A DNA stretch of 61,528 bases, counting the filler, from Choristocarpus tenellus KU-1152 (taxonomy: Eukaryota; Protista; Phaeophyceae), in the NCBI GenBank assembly GCA_964200185.2. It is 6 parts of 6 records of this genome, joined end to end, with 100 filler letters (N's around TTAATTAATTAA, not from the genome) between each part and the next. Parts side by side here need not be neighbours in the genome. Positions count along the whole stretch, not along the records: positions 1 to 23,963 come from CAXNAD020000230.1; 5 more parts are not named here. One strand, given 5' to 3'. The notes beneath the pieces are model-generated. The model did not search any database. It saw nothing but the letters and a program-made list of their open reading frames with translations, and was not told where the DNA came from. The position numbers and the translations under genes were made by a program. Shown here in pieces: positions 1 through 12,500 of the stretch. The stretch's first letter is position 1, and the number at the start of each line of letters is the position of its first letter.

Positions 1-508
1 GGGTTCCCCACGCGCGTATACAGCTCGCGCCAGTCAAAGCGCGGGAAGAAATACTCGCGCTACTCGCCTGTAACAGTACCTTTACAACATTATAACTTTT
101 TAGAGAATATTTTGACATTTGAATGGTTTTCATTGGTTTTTCCCCTCAAACATCTAATGAATGTGAGAAGGACAAAATAATATATTTGTTTTGAAGTTCT
201 GTGTCAATTGACACCAATAAAGCTGTTCGTGACACATTGAAAATGAGCCGTTAACGGTATAAGCGGCGAAACGCAAAATTGTTTTCATACCAACTCTCCC
301 ATTCCACCTCCAATATCCATCCTACTCAATGCAACCACTTACTCATTATTTAGTTCCTAGATCACAAATTAGGGAGAGACTCTACACCACTTGTGGGCGC
401 AAGCTGTGTCTGTGATCTGTAACTAGTGTGTCTCTAACGCCAGTAAAGCTAAGCTAGAAGTAAGAAAGTAGAGGAGAGGCCCTATATTGTGCAGGACATT
501 GGTCCAGC

Positions 509-3500
509 ATGGTTGATGTGGTGGCAGAGGAGAAGCAAGACCAGGTAAGAGGGTGGTGCGTAATCTACAACGCACTCATGTTAACGACACTGGGAATGAT
601 TAAAAAAAACTGATTGATGAAATGCTCGGAGTGGCTGAAAAGGATCTGGTGGGTTCGATTTATGTGCTTACTAGAGTAATGGATACATCAACATTGATGA
701 CGCATTACGTGCAGGTACGCAACACTATCACCCTATCTTGCAAGGTGTATCCTTTTTGCAGATCGCTTGCTGCCCTATTGGGTTCCTTCGTGCGACATAG
801 TTTTGTTTATGGTGTGGATCTAGAGTTTTTTATCCTCCATGACTGGCAGAGAATCTGCGCTTTGCTAGAGTCAACAATATAACCTCACGATCTCAAGTTG
901 GTAAATATTAAAATATGCAGCAAGGATTTAGGGTTCTCTATAATCCCATTGCCACCGCTACACTTAATGGTCGAGAGGTTGCTCGAGTGTGTCTTCAGGC
1001 GATCTCCTTGGGTTGACTGCGCGATGACCAAGAGAATCTGGTTTACCTTGCTCCCTAGTCGGCCTATTGAGTCTTGGCTAACATGTCTATGTCAATGGTT
1101 AGGAGAACGGCCTCAATATGCAGTGCAGTGTTATTGATTGACTCTCCCCTCATGCCTTATCTCATAGAGATAATATATATTTTTGCACTCGAAGGAGATC
1201 AGAATTTTTAAAAAAAAGTGTTATTTTATCTTTTCTGAAAGTCTAACCCTGAGATTCGGTGAAGTCATGATTGGTCTCAACAACCTTTCGATTGCCTCAT
1301 ACTAACATGGTACTACTGTGTGCTGACTATGTTTTGGTGTACGTGACGGTCAGGTTCCTGATATCGCTTCAGCTACAGTTGCCGAGTCGGATGGAGCAGA
1401 GGCTCCCAAGTCTGGTGACGACAAGGCCGGAAAAGATGACAAAAAGAAGGTTTGAATGATGGTGTCTAGATCATGCTTTTGAACAGGCTTCATTCATTTT
1501 TTCCATTACTAGGCAGATCATCTGTTTGATCTTTTTGGTAGTCATGTCTGCTCCACCCTCTTGTTGCTTCAGATTTTCGCATCGATCGTGTGTTGGTTCA
1601 AGTAGCTTCGATGCATCCTATTTTCCCCAAGTTACGTGCATATCCCCATATGCATCAAATTCCGTAGAATGATTTATAAAATTTTTGGGTTGTCAGTGTT
1701 TATTTTCTGGATGGTTGATATGCAATGATTAATAATAGAGATAAAATCCTAGAACCACAATTCAATTCTTCTCTTTGGAATAATCCCGTTAATGAAGTAA
1801 TCCTGCATGTGTACTAGGCAAAGGTCTTATCTCACCAACCGATCTACAGGTGATAAACTGTTTTTTGTCATTTAGAGTGTGCGTTGAAGTGTTGGTTTGC
1901 GTTGATATTTTATGCAGCAGAAACTGTTTGGTTACCCTATCTATTTGCTTCAATGAAGAGATAGGTTCTTACTAATTGTTGAAACTCCTTTTGTGTGTTG
2001 CATTGCTGAAACTGCCAGACCAGTCAAATTTCGTTGAGGGAGCTGTTCTCCTTTGCGGACACCACAGACAAGCTTCTGATGGGTGGTGGGGTCCTCGCTG
2101 CAATTGTTCAAGCATTGTAAGGGGTGCCTGGTGCTGCATTTGTAGATGATTGCTGAATCATATGCTAGTCATATTTTTTTTGCTTGCAAAGTCTTACCCC
2201 ACTAACTCACTACACCCTGTCGCTGAAGCAGTCGGCTGATACTCACAACACAATGCAGATTCCACTATTGCTGCTTCCGGTTGTGTGAAACGTTCCAGTA
2301 GGCTGGTATAGTAGAGCCCCACCTATTTTGCATGGGCTAAAGATTTGGCGGAAGTATTAAGCAAGATAAAGCCTATGTGTCCAGTGCATGTTTTTTTTGC
2401 AACAAGGATCCTTGTGTGAGAGTGTTGAGATTGTTTTTGTCTTTTTATGTTGTTGAGTTTCAAACAGCATCTGTGATGCTGTCAAGAGTATCGCCACATT
2501 CCAGACCGTAGTTCTAACTCAAGAGCGTTTTGTTGCATTGTGTGGCCCTTCCTCAACTCCTCGGACTTGCAGGATGTTTCCTATGTTTGTGTTGCTTTTG
2601 GGAAGCACCCTGGACGAACTGGGTGAGCCTGTGCCTGTGGGAGAGACTCCCTCAATAAAGGATGAGACCGAGAGGTTTGTTGTTCTTTTTGCCATTGTTG
2701 GTGGCATCTCATTGCTGATGGGGTTCATTATGGTGTCTACTTGGTCCATTGCAGGAGAGAGGCAGGTGGGTGTGCAAGGCAAACAGGCAAGAGGGGGACT
2801 GACTGTAACTGCCCCTTTTGCTTTATTGAAATCCTCTTGTGTACCTTCCTTGCCATCGCTTTTTGAATGAAGATAGTTTTTCTTTTTTTGACGCTCTCGA
2901 TGTCTGTGGCAAGGTAACTGATTCAGAATATAGAGAACTTACAGCTTTCTGGACACACTCCTTTCTCCCCTGCCATGCCTCCTTGTTCATCAAATATTTT
3001 CCTGCGATGCTGATGCTCCAACAATGGTGTTTTAATTGTTTTGATCGGAAAGATTCAACGAGACACTGTCAAATGTAGGCTCATGCCCCCTTATCACACC
3101 TGGAAGATGAGGGTGTGCATATTTCCTTGTACCGGTATACCTGAGTTGCAAAGCTTTTGATAATTGTAATATTAATTTTTTTTACCATTTTTTTTCTTTC
3201 CAACTATCATTGCCCTCCCGTCCACCTTCCCCTTCCATGGTGTGTGGAAACCCAGGCCCTGCGCATCAGACATGCCTATGTGAAGGCCATTCTGAGGCAA
3301 GATATTGGCTGGTTTGATGAACACCCGGCAGGTCAACTGCCCACAGCTGTGACAGCCAACATGGCCAAGGTGCAGGATGGGATGGGGAGGAAGGTGGTTG
3401 ACATTATCCTCAATTCATTTGGTGGTGAGTGATGGAAAGTGTTGCTTGTCATGAGTGTACAATTTTGTCAGGGTGATGTCACGGCATTGAAGCGTTAACA

Positions 3501-6500
3501 TTTTCGGTGGGAGGTGTCCCTCCCACGTTTGTTTTTATTTTTTATGTTTTTATGTTTTTGAATGCTGAAGTTCTGTGTTTTTGTGACTGTGGAGTGACCA
3601 CATTTTTTTATTTGTTTATGGATGTGTTCTTATTTGGGTGGTGCATTTGATTTTTTTTGGTCTGAAGGTGGCGGGTCAGTTCACGATGGGGAGTGATGCA
3701 GCGTCTTGACCTCTTGATCCTCAAATCACACACAAAGGTATCACAGAGACTTTGCTGGAAGAATACAGCGCCCCGAACTGGTTGAATCACCTGTGTTGAA
3801 TGGAATAGTTCCTTTGTTGCAGAGGGTGATTGTGTTGCTGTACCCCTAGCTAATGATAGTCGCCCTTACTCTCTAAACAAGCGGTAACATAGGTCAACAA
3901 ATTATTCAAACACCCTGATCCAACCTTTATTCCCTGTTCCAATCGCTTTCCTGGTGTGCTTTCCTCTGTGATTGTGTTGCTTTGTGGGTGCATGTGTCGT
4001 GTACATCAAATTTTAGGTATTTTCCTGTTGGCAACGTCCATGTACATCAATGCTGAGTTGGGAGCCGTCATGCTTGCCTGCATCCCCTTCATTGGCGGCA
4101 GCGTGGCCATCCTGTCCAAGCTCATGGCCAGTAATACCGTGGAAGGTGCAGACCACTATGCCAAGGCCGGTGGGGTTGCTACAGAGGTGGGTTGAAGAAA
4201 AGAGGGGTTACATTGTTCTCTTCGCCTTTTCCAAGTGGAATGCCTTGAGATGCGTCTTGTCTACCTGCTGAAAGAGTTTCATTTATCACTGGTGTGGCTA
4301 GTAATGTCACATAGGCTTCATACTATTTTTAATTACGTGTTGGAAACCTCCCCACCTAATACTTTGACCTAATTCTTTGTCTCAGGCACTGGAAGAGGGT
4401 AAAGTGGGTTTGTGTTGCTCTTTGTACCGAGGGTATTATTTCCCTTGGGTTAGGGTTAGGGGCTTGTGATGACACTTTTGCCTGTAAGCTAATGATGACA
4501 CTTTTGCCTGTAAACTAATGATGACACTTTTTCCTGTAAACTAATGTTTCCTTTCGTGTACTTGTAATTCTGGCAGACCCTTGGTGGAATCCGAACTGTG
4601 GCCTCTCTCAGCTCTGAGAAGCAGGAGATAGAAAGGTACGCTTCGCACCTTGATGGTGCATACACAGCAGGTATCAAGGAAGGCCTGGGGAAGGGGCTGG
4701 GTAACGGGTGCCTCTTCACAGCTTTTTACCTCAGCTATGCTCTCGCTTTCTGGTTTGGCACAAACCAGGTACGCCTTTATGTGTATATATATATATGTAA
4801 TTTGTGTTTCATATTTTGTGTTCTTTGCTAGGCACTCAGTTGTGTTGGGGTTGGTGAGTTTGTGAAGGGGGGAGTAACTGGCAAGAGAGGTTTATGGGCT
4901 ATGGTAGGGTATGTTGTTGTATTTCAAGTACTAGGGTGCTGTTGCTAGCTGTTGTGATTGTAGCTTGTGTTTAATTGGTTTGGCCCCTTGTCCATGTACC
5001 ACAGTAGCCGGTAGAAAGGTCCAAAGAGGTACAAAGTTTTAACAATTGTTTTTCCAGTCTTGTGTTTTGATGCCTTGAGTGCACAGTTTGTGTATGTTGT
5101 GGTCATCATCAATGATCTTGAAATTTTATGGTTTTGAAGTAGGTTGTGTTACAGTGTGTTTGCTTGGTTGTACCAGGTGGGACTTGTACCTCTGTTTGAG
5201 TGTCCTTGTTGTCGTAAGACTCTCATCTTGTTTTGTTCTGCAGGTGGCAGATGGAGATGGTGATGTCAGTGGTGGAGATGTCCTATCAGCCATTTTTGCT
5301 GTTCTTTTTGCTGCAATGCAGGTGGGTTATCATGGAGATAGAAGGGGGAAGGAGGGGTGAGGGGGAGGGTGGGGGATTGTCTTGAATTCTGTTTCAATTT
5401 TTTTTCATATTTTATCTTGTTTTTTTGCGTGTTGATGATTTATTTATTTATTTTTATCAGTAGCCTAAAGAATGTTCTTTTGGGAAAGCATCAAGTAGTG
5501 TGGGTCACTTGGTGCCATTAACGTGTTGATGACAAAGTACACACCTCGTGACCATTTCTCTGTACCTTTTCTGAACAGTTTGGTCAGACCGCACCAGGCA
5601 TCACTGCGCTCTCTGCTGGACGAGCCTCCGCTGTGCATGTCTTTGAGACCATCAAACGCGTGCCTCCGATTGATTCCCTGTCTGAGGAGGGTCTGAAGCC
5701 TGTTGAAGTGGAGGGGCAGGTCACATTCAAGGAAGTTGGTTTCAGCTATGTAAGTGTGTTTCCTGACAAGTTCGTTTTATGGTAGTGTGCTGGGAGAGAT
5801 ATATATTTTTTCAGTGGAATGTGTTCCTCTCAAGTGATTTATTAAGTACAAGTATGAAGTATGAAGAAGGTATATAAAAGTTAAGTACGAAGAAGGTACA
5901 TCAAAGCGTTTCCCAATGTTTAGTGCGTGAAGTAGTGGTCAGACTAACACTTGGATGCTGTTTGGGTCAAGACAACTTGTAATCTCCCATCAATCTAATC
6001 CTACCCCCTTTTCTGTTTGGGATTTGATTCCACAGCCTGCAAGACCTAATGATGTGGTATACGAGCGAGTTGATCTGGAGGTGGAGGTTGGAAAGACGCT
6101 TGCGCTTGTTGGGCCTTCTGGCGGGGGTAAATCAACAATGACTAAGGTGAGTTGTGATACTGGAGGAATCTCAATTTGCAAATGTCTTTATTTTTTCTTT
6201 TTAAGAATATTGTCCTTAGGTACCTTGCACAACTGTTGTTCTCAATTCAGTACGTCCTCGCCATGCCAAACATGTCTGCCCGTCCCCGACTCGTTTGTTT
6301 GGTGTTTTGACAGCTTCTACTGAGGTTTTATGACCCTACGAAGGGCCAGGTTCTCCTGGATGGCGTTGACATTGCTTCACTCAATGTCGCCTGGTACCGC
6401 AATCAGGTACACAGTCCGTATTGTACGCTGTTTTTTGGTGATGTTTTGGAGTGTAGGTTGATGTGTTCACTAGAAATCAGGCAACAGGCATGTAGTGGTG

Positions 6501-9500
6501 ATACTGGTGCCACATGAAGGTGCTGCTCTAAGTATGCTCTGCGGTTGCTTTTGCTTTTTGGGGAGGCATTGTGGAATGGAGTTTTTGCGATTTTTCAAAT
6601 TTAGTCTCCGGATAGAATGCCTGAAATGAAATGTATTGCGCAGGCGTTTTAATCGTATTGAAACATCTTGTCATTACATTGTTACTGGATCTATTGTCGG
6701 GCATTCATGAACCACCTCAATACTGGATTGATGCCAGATTTATGAGTAGATGGTTGATCCCATTAGCTCTGCAGTAGCTATTTCTACATCTTTATTAAGG
6801 ATACAGTTAACCGTTTGCAAACCACACGCCTTCCACCTTACCTTGACCGTGCTCCTCTCTCTCACACACACACAGACTCAACACATAACACACACATGGC
6901 ATGTAATTATTGGTAGTATTGTGGACTTGACCTGTCAACATTACTTTTTTGTCCCTTCTGTGTTGTATTGTTGTGGACATTATCTCACTGCTGGCAGATT
7001 GGATACGTGGGTCAAGAGCCGGTCCTCTTCAATGGAAGCATCAATGGTGAGCATGATGAGAACATTCCACTAGACCAGTGTGGGATTATTGAGTGAAGAC
7101 AAAAAAAGTATGGGGGATGTGTCTGTGAGGTTCACCTCTTTCTGTTTCCAACTAATCAACTCTGCAGCAATTGAGCAAAAAAAAGTGTTTTGAGGGGTAT
7201 TTTTGAACGTATTTTTCAGTCTCCTGTCTTATGTTTGACAGCTTGCCCCAGGAAGGGGTAGAAGGAAGAGTTGTGTTGAACCAGTGCATGCAATTTACTA
7301 GTGTTTATGTTTTGCAGTCTCTCTTATCACTTCTCTTCTGTGCTTACACATGCTGTCTTATTTTTGACTTATTTTTTTCTGTTTGTTGTTGAATAGATAA
7401 CATCGCCAATGGCAAGGTTGGTGCCTCTCACGAGGAAGTAGTGGCTGCTGCAAAGGCTGCAAATGCCCACACCTTCATCAAGGCAAGTTCATGTTTTGTT
7501 GTCTGAAATGTGCTAAATACTAGTGGCGGTTGATATTTATTGTTGAGAGATGCTTTCAGGCAGAGAGAGTGTCCCATTTGACAGTCGGTACTTCCTTTCA
7601 ATTTTTTAATCTTTTAATTTGCTTTTTTGTGATTTTGTAATTTTTTTCAACCTTGTGTGTTTCTTTTTGTTTATTTACAATTGTCTTGTTTGCAGAGCTT
7701 CCCCAAGGGCTATAATACCAGTGTAGGAGAGGGAGGACTGCAGCTTTCTGGAGGACAGAAGCAGGTTTGCAGTGTATGGTCTTGGTCTTACCTCTGTGAA
7801 TCCCTTACTGATTGATTGCAGAATTGTCCTTTCAGGGAGCTTGGTGTTGCCAGTTCATGCTATCACTTTGTAGGGGTCTTCTTCCAAAAGGTTTAGAGGT
7901 TGAAGATGGTGCAAGAATGATTGTTGTAGATGTAGAATTGAGGATTGTCCTTTTCAGAGTGCTAAGTTATCTTTTTTTGTGCCATTAACCCACTGCGCAT
8001 GATGATTGTGTTGTAACATTTTGAGACAGAATTGTGTTGGAACAGTCTTCTTTTGTATGTGCCATCTTCCTGATTGTAGATAATCCAGTGAGTACTTTGA
8101 AGTGTGAATCAGATGAATCGCTTTCATTGACAGTTCATTGACAGTTCATATCCCATCAAACTAGTACCACCGCTGAGGTTGATGTGACCAAAGCCCTCAT
8201 CACAACCTCTGCCCCTATTTCCTGATACACATTTTGGTGTATGGTGTATCGTGTATGGTGTTTCTTATGGTATATCGTGTTTCTTATGGTATATGGGTAA
8301 CGAGTTCAGCGTATAGCCATTGCTCGGGCTATAATCAAAGACCCAGCTATACTTCTCCTGGATGAAGCCACGTCTGCATTGGACTCTGAGAGTGAGAAGG
8401 TGAGAAATGCGATGTGAGGTTTGTAAGACTGGTTTGTAGCTGGTAGGTTTCGGTGGTGATGCTTGAAAATCCCTGGCAATTGTTGCTACAATACGCCTGC
8501 TTCAGAGTGGGCACAAACAAACAAACACGAACTCGCACACGCACACATGTACACACAGTTATGGTGCTTTGTTGTGCTTTGTTATTAATGTCTCACATGG
8601 TGACTCCTTGAAAACAGGTAGTGCAGGATGCTCTTGACAATCTGCAAAAGGTAAAGAGCAGGACTACTGTGGTCATCGCTCACCGCCTTTCCACTATCCA
8701 GGTGAACTCCTAAATTAAGTGAAGTTTGTATTGATTGCGAAAGCAGATGAAAAGTTTTTTTTCTCTTGAATGTATCCCATAGAACATTCAACCCCTTGAC
8801 AAATACAAATGTTAACCAAAGTTTCACCTGTCAGAGGTGGACCCAGCCTTACCTGATTCTTGTTTGTCCAACTATTATCCCAACCCAAGCTAACTCTTCA
8901 ATGCGTTCTTGGTTGTTTGATGCTCCTGTTGTAACACCCCTTGTATGTGGATGTTCCAATCAGAACGCTGATACAATTGCAGTGATTGCAGATAAGGGGG
9001 TTGCTGAGAAGGGCACTCATGAGGAGCTGCTGGCGATCAATGGTATCTACGCAGGGCTCTGTGCAGCGCAAGTGAGAATGGAAGTAATGATGGTATAATT
9101 GTTAGTGTGGTGTTTGGCTTTAAGTGTCTGACCTTGTTAATTGTCGACCTGCGGCACTTTTTTACTATTTGTCACAGAAAAGCGTGTGTGATGAGGGGGG
9201 GGGTTACACAGTACATCTCTTTCTATTGTACTTATGTTTTATTACGTCTCTCCTGTTCAGAGATTATTTCTTCAACATATATTTAATTTTGTTATTTTGC
9301 GATTGTTGATATTGTGTTGGTGATGCACACAGCTGTCAGGGGAAAATGCACAGGAGGAAAAGGATGACTACACCTTGATGAGAGAGGCAAGCACATCGGG
9401 TGGGTTTGGAAACTATGATTCGAACTATGATTCAGTTCTTATTCTGTGCTAAGCATTTTCTCAGCTATGCCGAACATTGCTTGCTTGAATGTATCATGAG

Positions 9501-12500
9501 TTTGTGCTTTCTTTCTTTTTTCTTCAAAATTCTTAATTTTATTTTTTGCCCACATCCGTTGGTTGAGGTTAGGATTATGGAAGTTGTTGTCATGGTTTAT
9601 CAATAGATTGATGTAGTCTGATGGTGTATCTATCTTCTGGCTACCTGGCTCAAAGTAACTGGAGGGGGTGGTAGCTGTCCATTTGGGGCCGATTTTTTCA
9701 TGTCGTGATTTTTGGGTGATTTGATCGTGTATCTTGGATGGATGATGTAAGTTTACGTTTCCTGATTTGGCTCAAATAGACACCATGGTGTAGATCCCCC
9801 CTCCCCCCAGATAATTTGGGTCACCTCTGTGTGGGGTTAAGAGGTTTATCAAGACCAAGATTGGCTATGCACCATTATATGTTGCATTTCACTAGTGTTT
9901 TGGGAGGCGTTCGTAGGTGACTGGATTAATCCCTGCATGCAGACATGGCACATTTTGTTGTCATCTCTTGTGTCACCTCTTGTGTCCCTTTGTTACAGGA
10001 TTACGCAGGAGCAGTGCAAGCATTAAGCGGCAAAGCTCCATCAGCCAGGGTGGGGTGGGAGCTGATAAAGAAGAGTCTCCTGTTGAGAAAGAGGAGGAGA
10101 AACTTCCGGCGCCACCCATGTGAGGCCCAGGACTTGTATTTTGTTTTTTCAGATGTGTCGTGCACTGTCTTGGTATCTTGTGCTTTCTTTTGGATGTGGT
10201 GGTCTTGATAGTTCTCTTGCATGTCTTGCCGTTATTAGGGATCTTCGACATGTCCTGAATCATTGTTAATCATTGTTAACCTACTCTACAGATACTTGTG
10301 TGTGGTAGAGGATTGAGGTGAAGTTGGTCCTCCGATGTGATATCAATATTTGCAGTTGCCTGTCTTACCATTTGTCCCATCCTTTGTGTTCTCTCGTCAT
10401 AGGTGGGGGGGGTTAACATTTTTGGATTTGTGTTGTGGTGTATGTATGAATGAGTCTTGCCTGTGGTCCAACTTGATCTCCATTTCAGGTGTGGTGTTAC
10501 AGAGCATATATATAACCAGTATTTTCAACCCTTGACCTGTTACAAGAATTGAAGTGGTTGGTGTTTTAGAAGATTCCTCTTCTTTTCCATACTGCAGTAG
10601 GCTTAAAAACTTGATACAATTGGACATCCACAAGCTGCACTAAGCAATCCCTCTTCTATCAGGTCTCGTCTCTGGGCTCTCAACAAGGGTGACTGGAAGT
10701 GGCTTCTTCTTGGATTTGTTGGGGCAATTTTGGCAGGGGGTACCTTCCCCACTGAAGGCGTTATTGTGGCACATGTTCAGGTGACTTGAGTGAGGCAGGC
10801 AGTCAAGACATGCTGCATGTAGGAAGACCTCATCCATTTGAGGGTTAGGGTTAGGTTTAGTTGATAGTTGTCAGTTCGACTCCCACCTACCCACAAGCAG
10901 TGTCCGATATTGAACAAGATGGTGCAGTAATGACTTAGCCTTTTACAGAATTTTTTGCATTGGAGTGGTCTGCGCAGATGATTTTGTGTCCATGAAAGTT
11001 GAAATGTGTTGTGGAACATCTTGGTTTTTTGTTTTATTTTATGTTATTATATTATATTATATTTGTATCTGGTGCATTTTGATGCCACAGGTAGTGTTTT
11101 ATTGCTTTTTTCCTTGTTTGTGTTGTGTTTCTTGATTGTATATATTGACACGCATCATGGATGTATTGGTTGTATCCACTCTGTAGTTGTATATTTCGTT
11201 CACATTTCCTGTGTCTCTTTTTTCATTCTTTCCACAGAGTAACTTGTACAAGGAGGACATTGATGATATGAGGAGAGAGGGTAACTTGTGGTCCATTTCC
11301 TTTGTGTGCCTGGCAGTGGTGGCCATGGTTGGACAAATATCCCTTGCTGCTGGCTTTGCAGTAGCCGGGGAAAGGCTGATTCAGACACTTCGAAATATGG
11401 CATTCAAGGCCATGGTGAGAGCCGTGGAATGTGTATAATGTTGATGTGTATGTAGTAAACATTCCACCTACCATGTACATCTTGTACCCAGTTTTCTTGG
11501 GTCTTGGCACTTTGTTACCCCTCAGATATCCTACCCTGTGTGTTGGAGTCTATTTGGTATTGGAATTATAAAAAAATAACTTGGGAGGTCTGAGCACCAT
11601 CATAGCCTGCCAACCTACGCAGTGAATTTACTCTACCCCAAACCCATCCGTAACTGTAAATGGTAGATCCGGCATGACATCAGTTGGTTCGACCGTGATG
11701 AGAATGCAACAGGAGTGCTCACCTCCCGACTTCAGAATGACGCCAGCAAGGTATGAGCGCCACCACCTATCTCATTCAACCACCTCACCCAACTTCCTTG
11801 TGTCCTTTTGTTGCTAACCTTGTCATTTTGTACCCTCTGTCCATCTGACTGATTGATTCTCTTGCATGTATCTGTCTCACTGATTCTCTTTCCTTCCGCC
11901 GGTTATCTCCTTTGTCATCATCTAATATACTCTTGTTCTCATTTTGTTGAAGTTTATCTGTTATGAATTAGGATTGTAGCAGATGGTGACTATTATTACG
12001 GTATAATAGGGTACAAGTACCCAAGTGGGATAGCGCTGTGGAATCTACTATTATTCTGGTGGTTTGTCCATGATGTTTGTCCTGCTTTGGCCCTATAACT
12101 TCTTCACAGGTCCGCAGTGCCACTGGAACCAATCTTGCTCACAAAACTCAGCTCATGGTCACCCTCTGCCTTGGAACAATCTTGGGAATGGCCTTTGCTT
12201 GGCAGATTGGTCGGTGAAACAGATTGCACATTTCCGTGTAGATACCCTTGTCTATGACCTTGCTTTCAGAGCACGTTCACTGTATGAGGAACTATTGGAA
12301 ATATCTATTGGAACTAGTTATCTAAATTAACTATTGTAAACATCTATTGGAACTAGTTATTTAAATTAACTATTGGAAATATCTATTGGAACTAGATATT
12401 TAAATTAACTATTGGAAATAGTGTTGTCCTCCGCTGACCTTGTTCTGTGAGTTAATTTTTTTCGTGATGACCTAAACAGGTCTGCTGGCTGTGGCATTGA

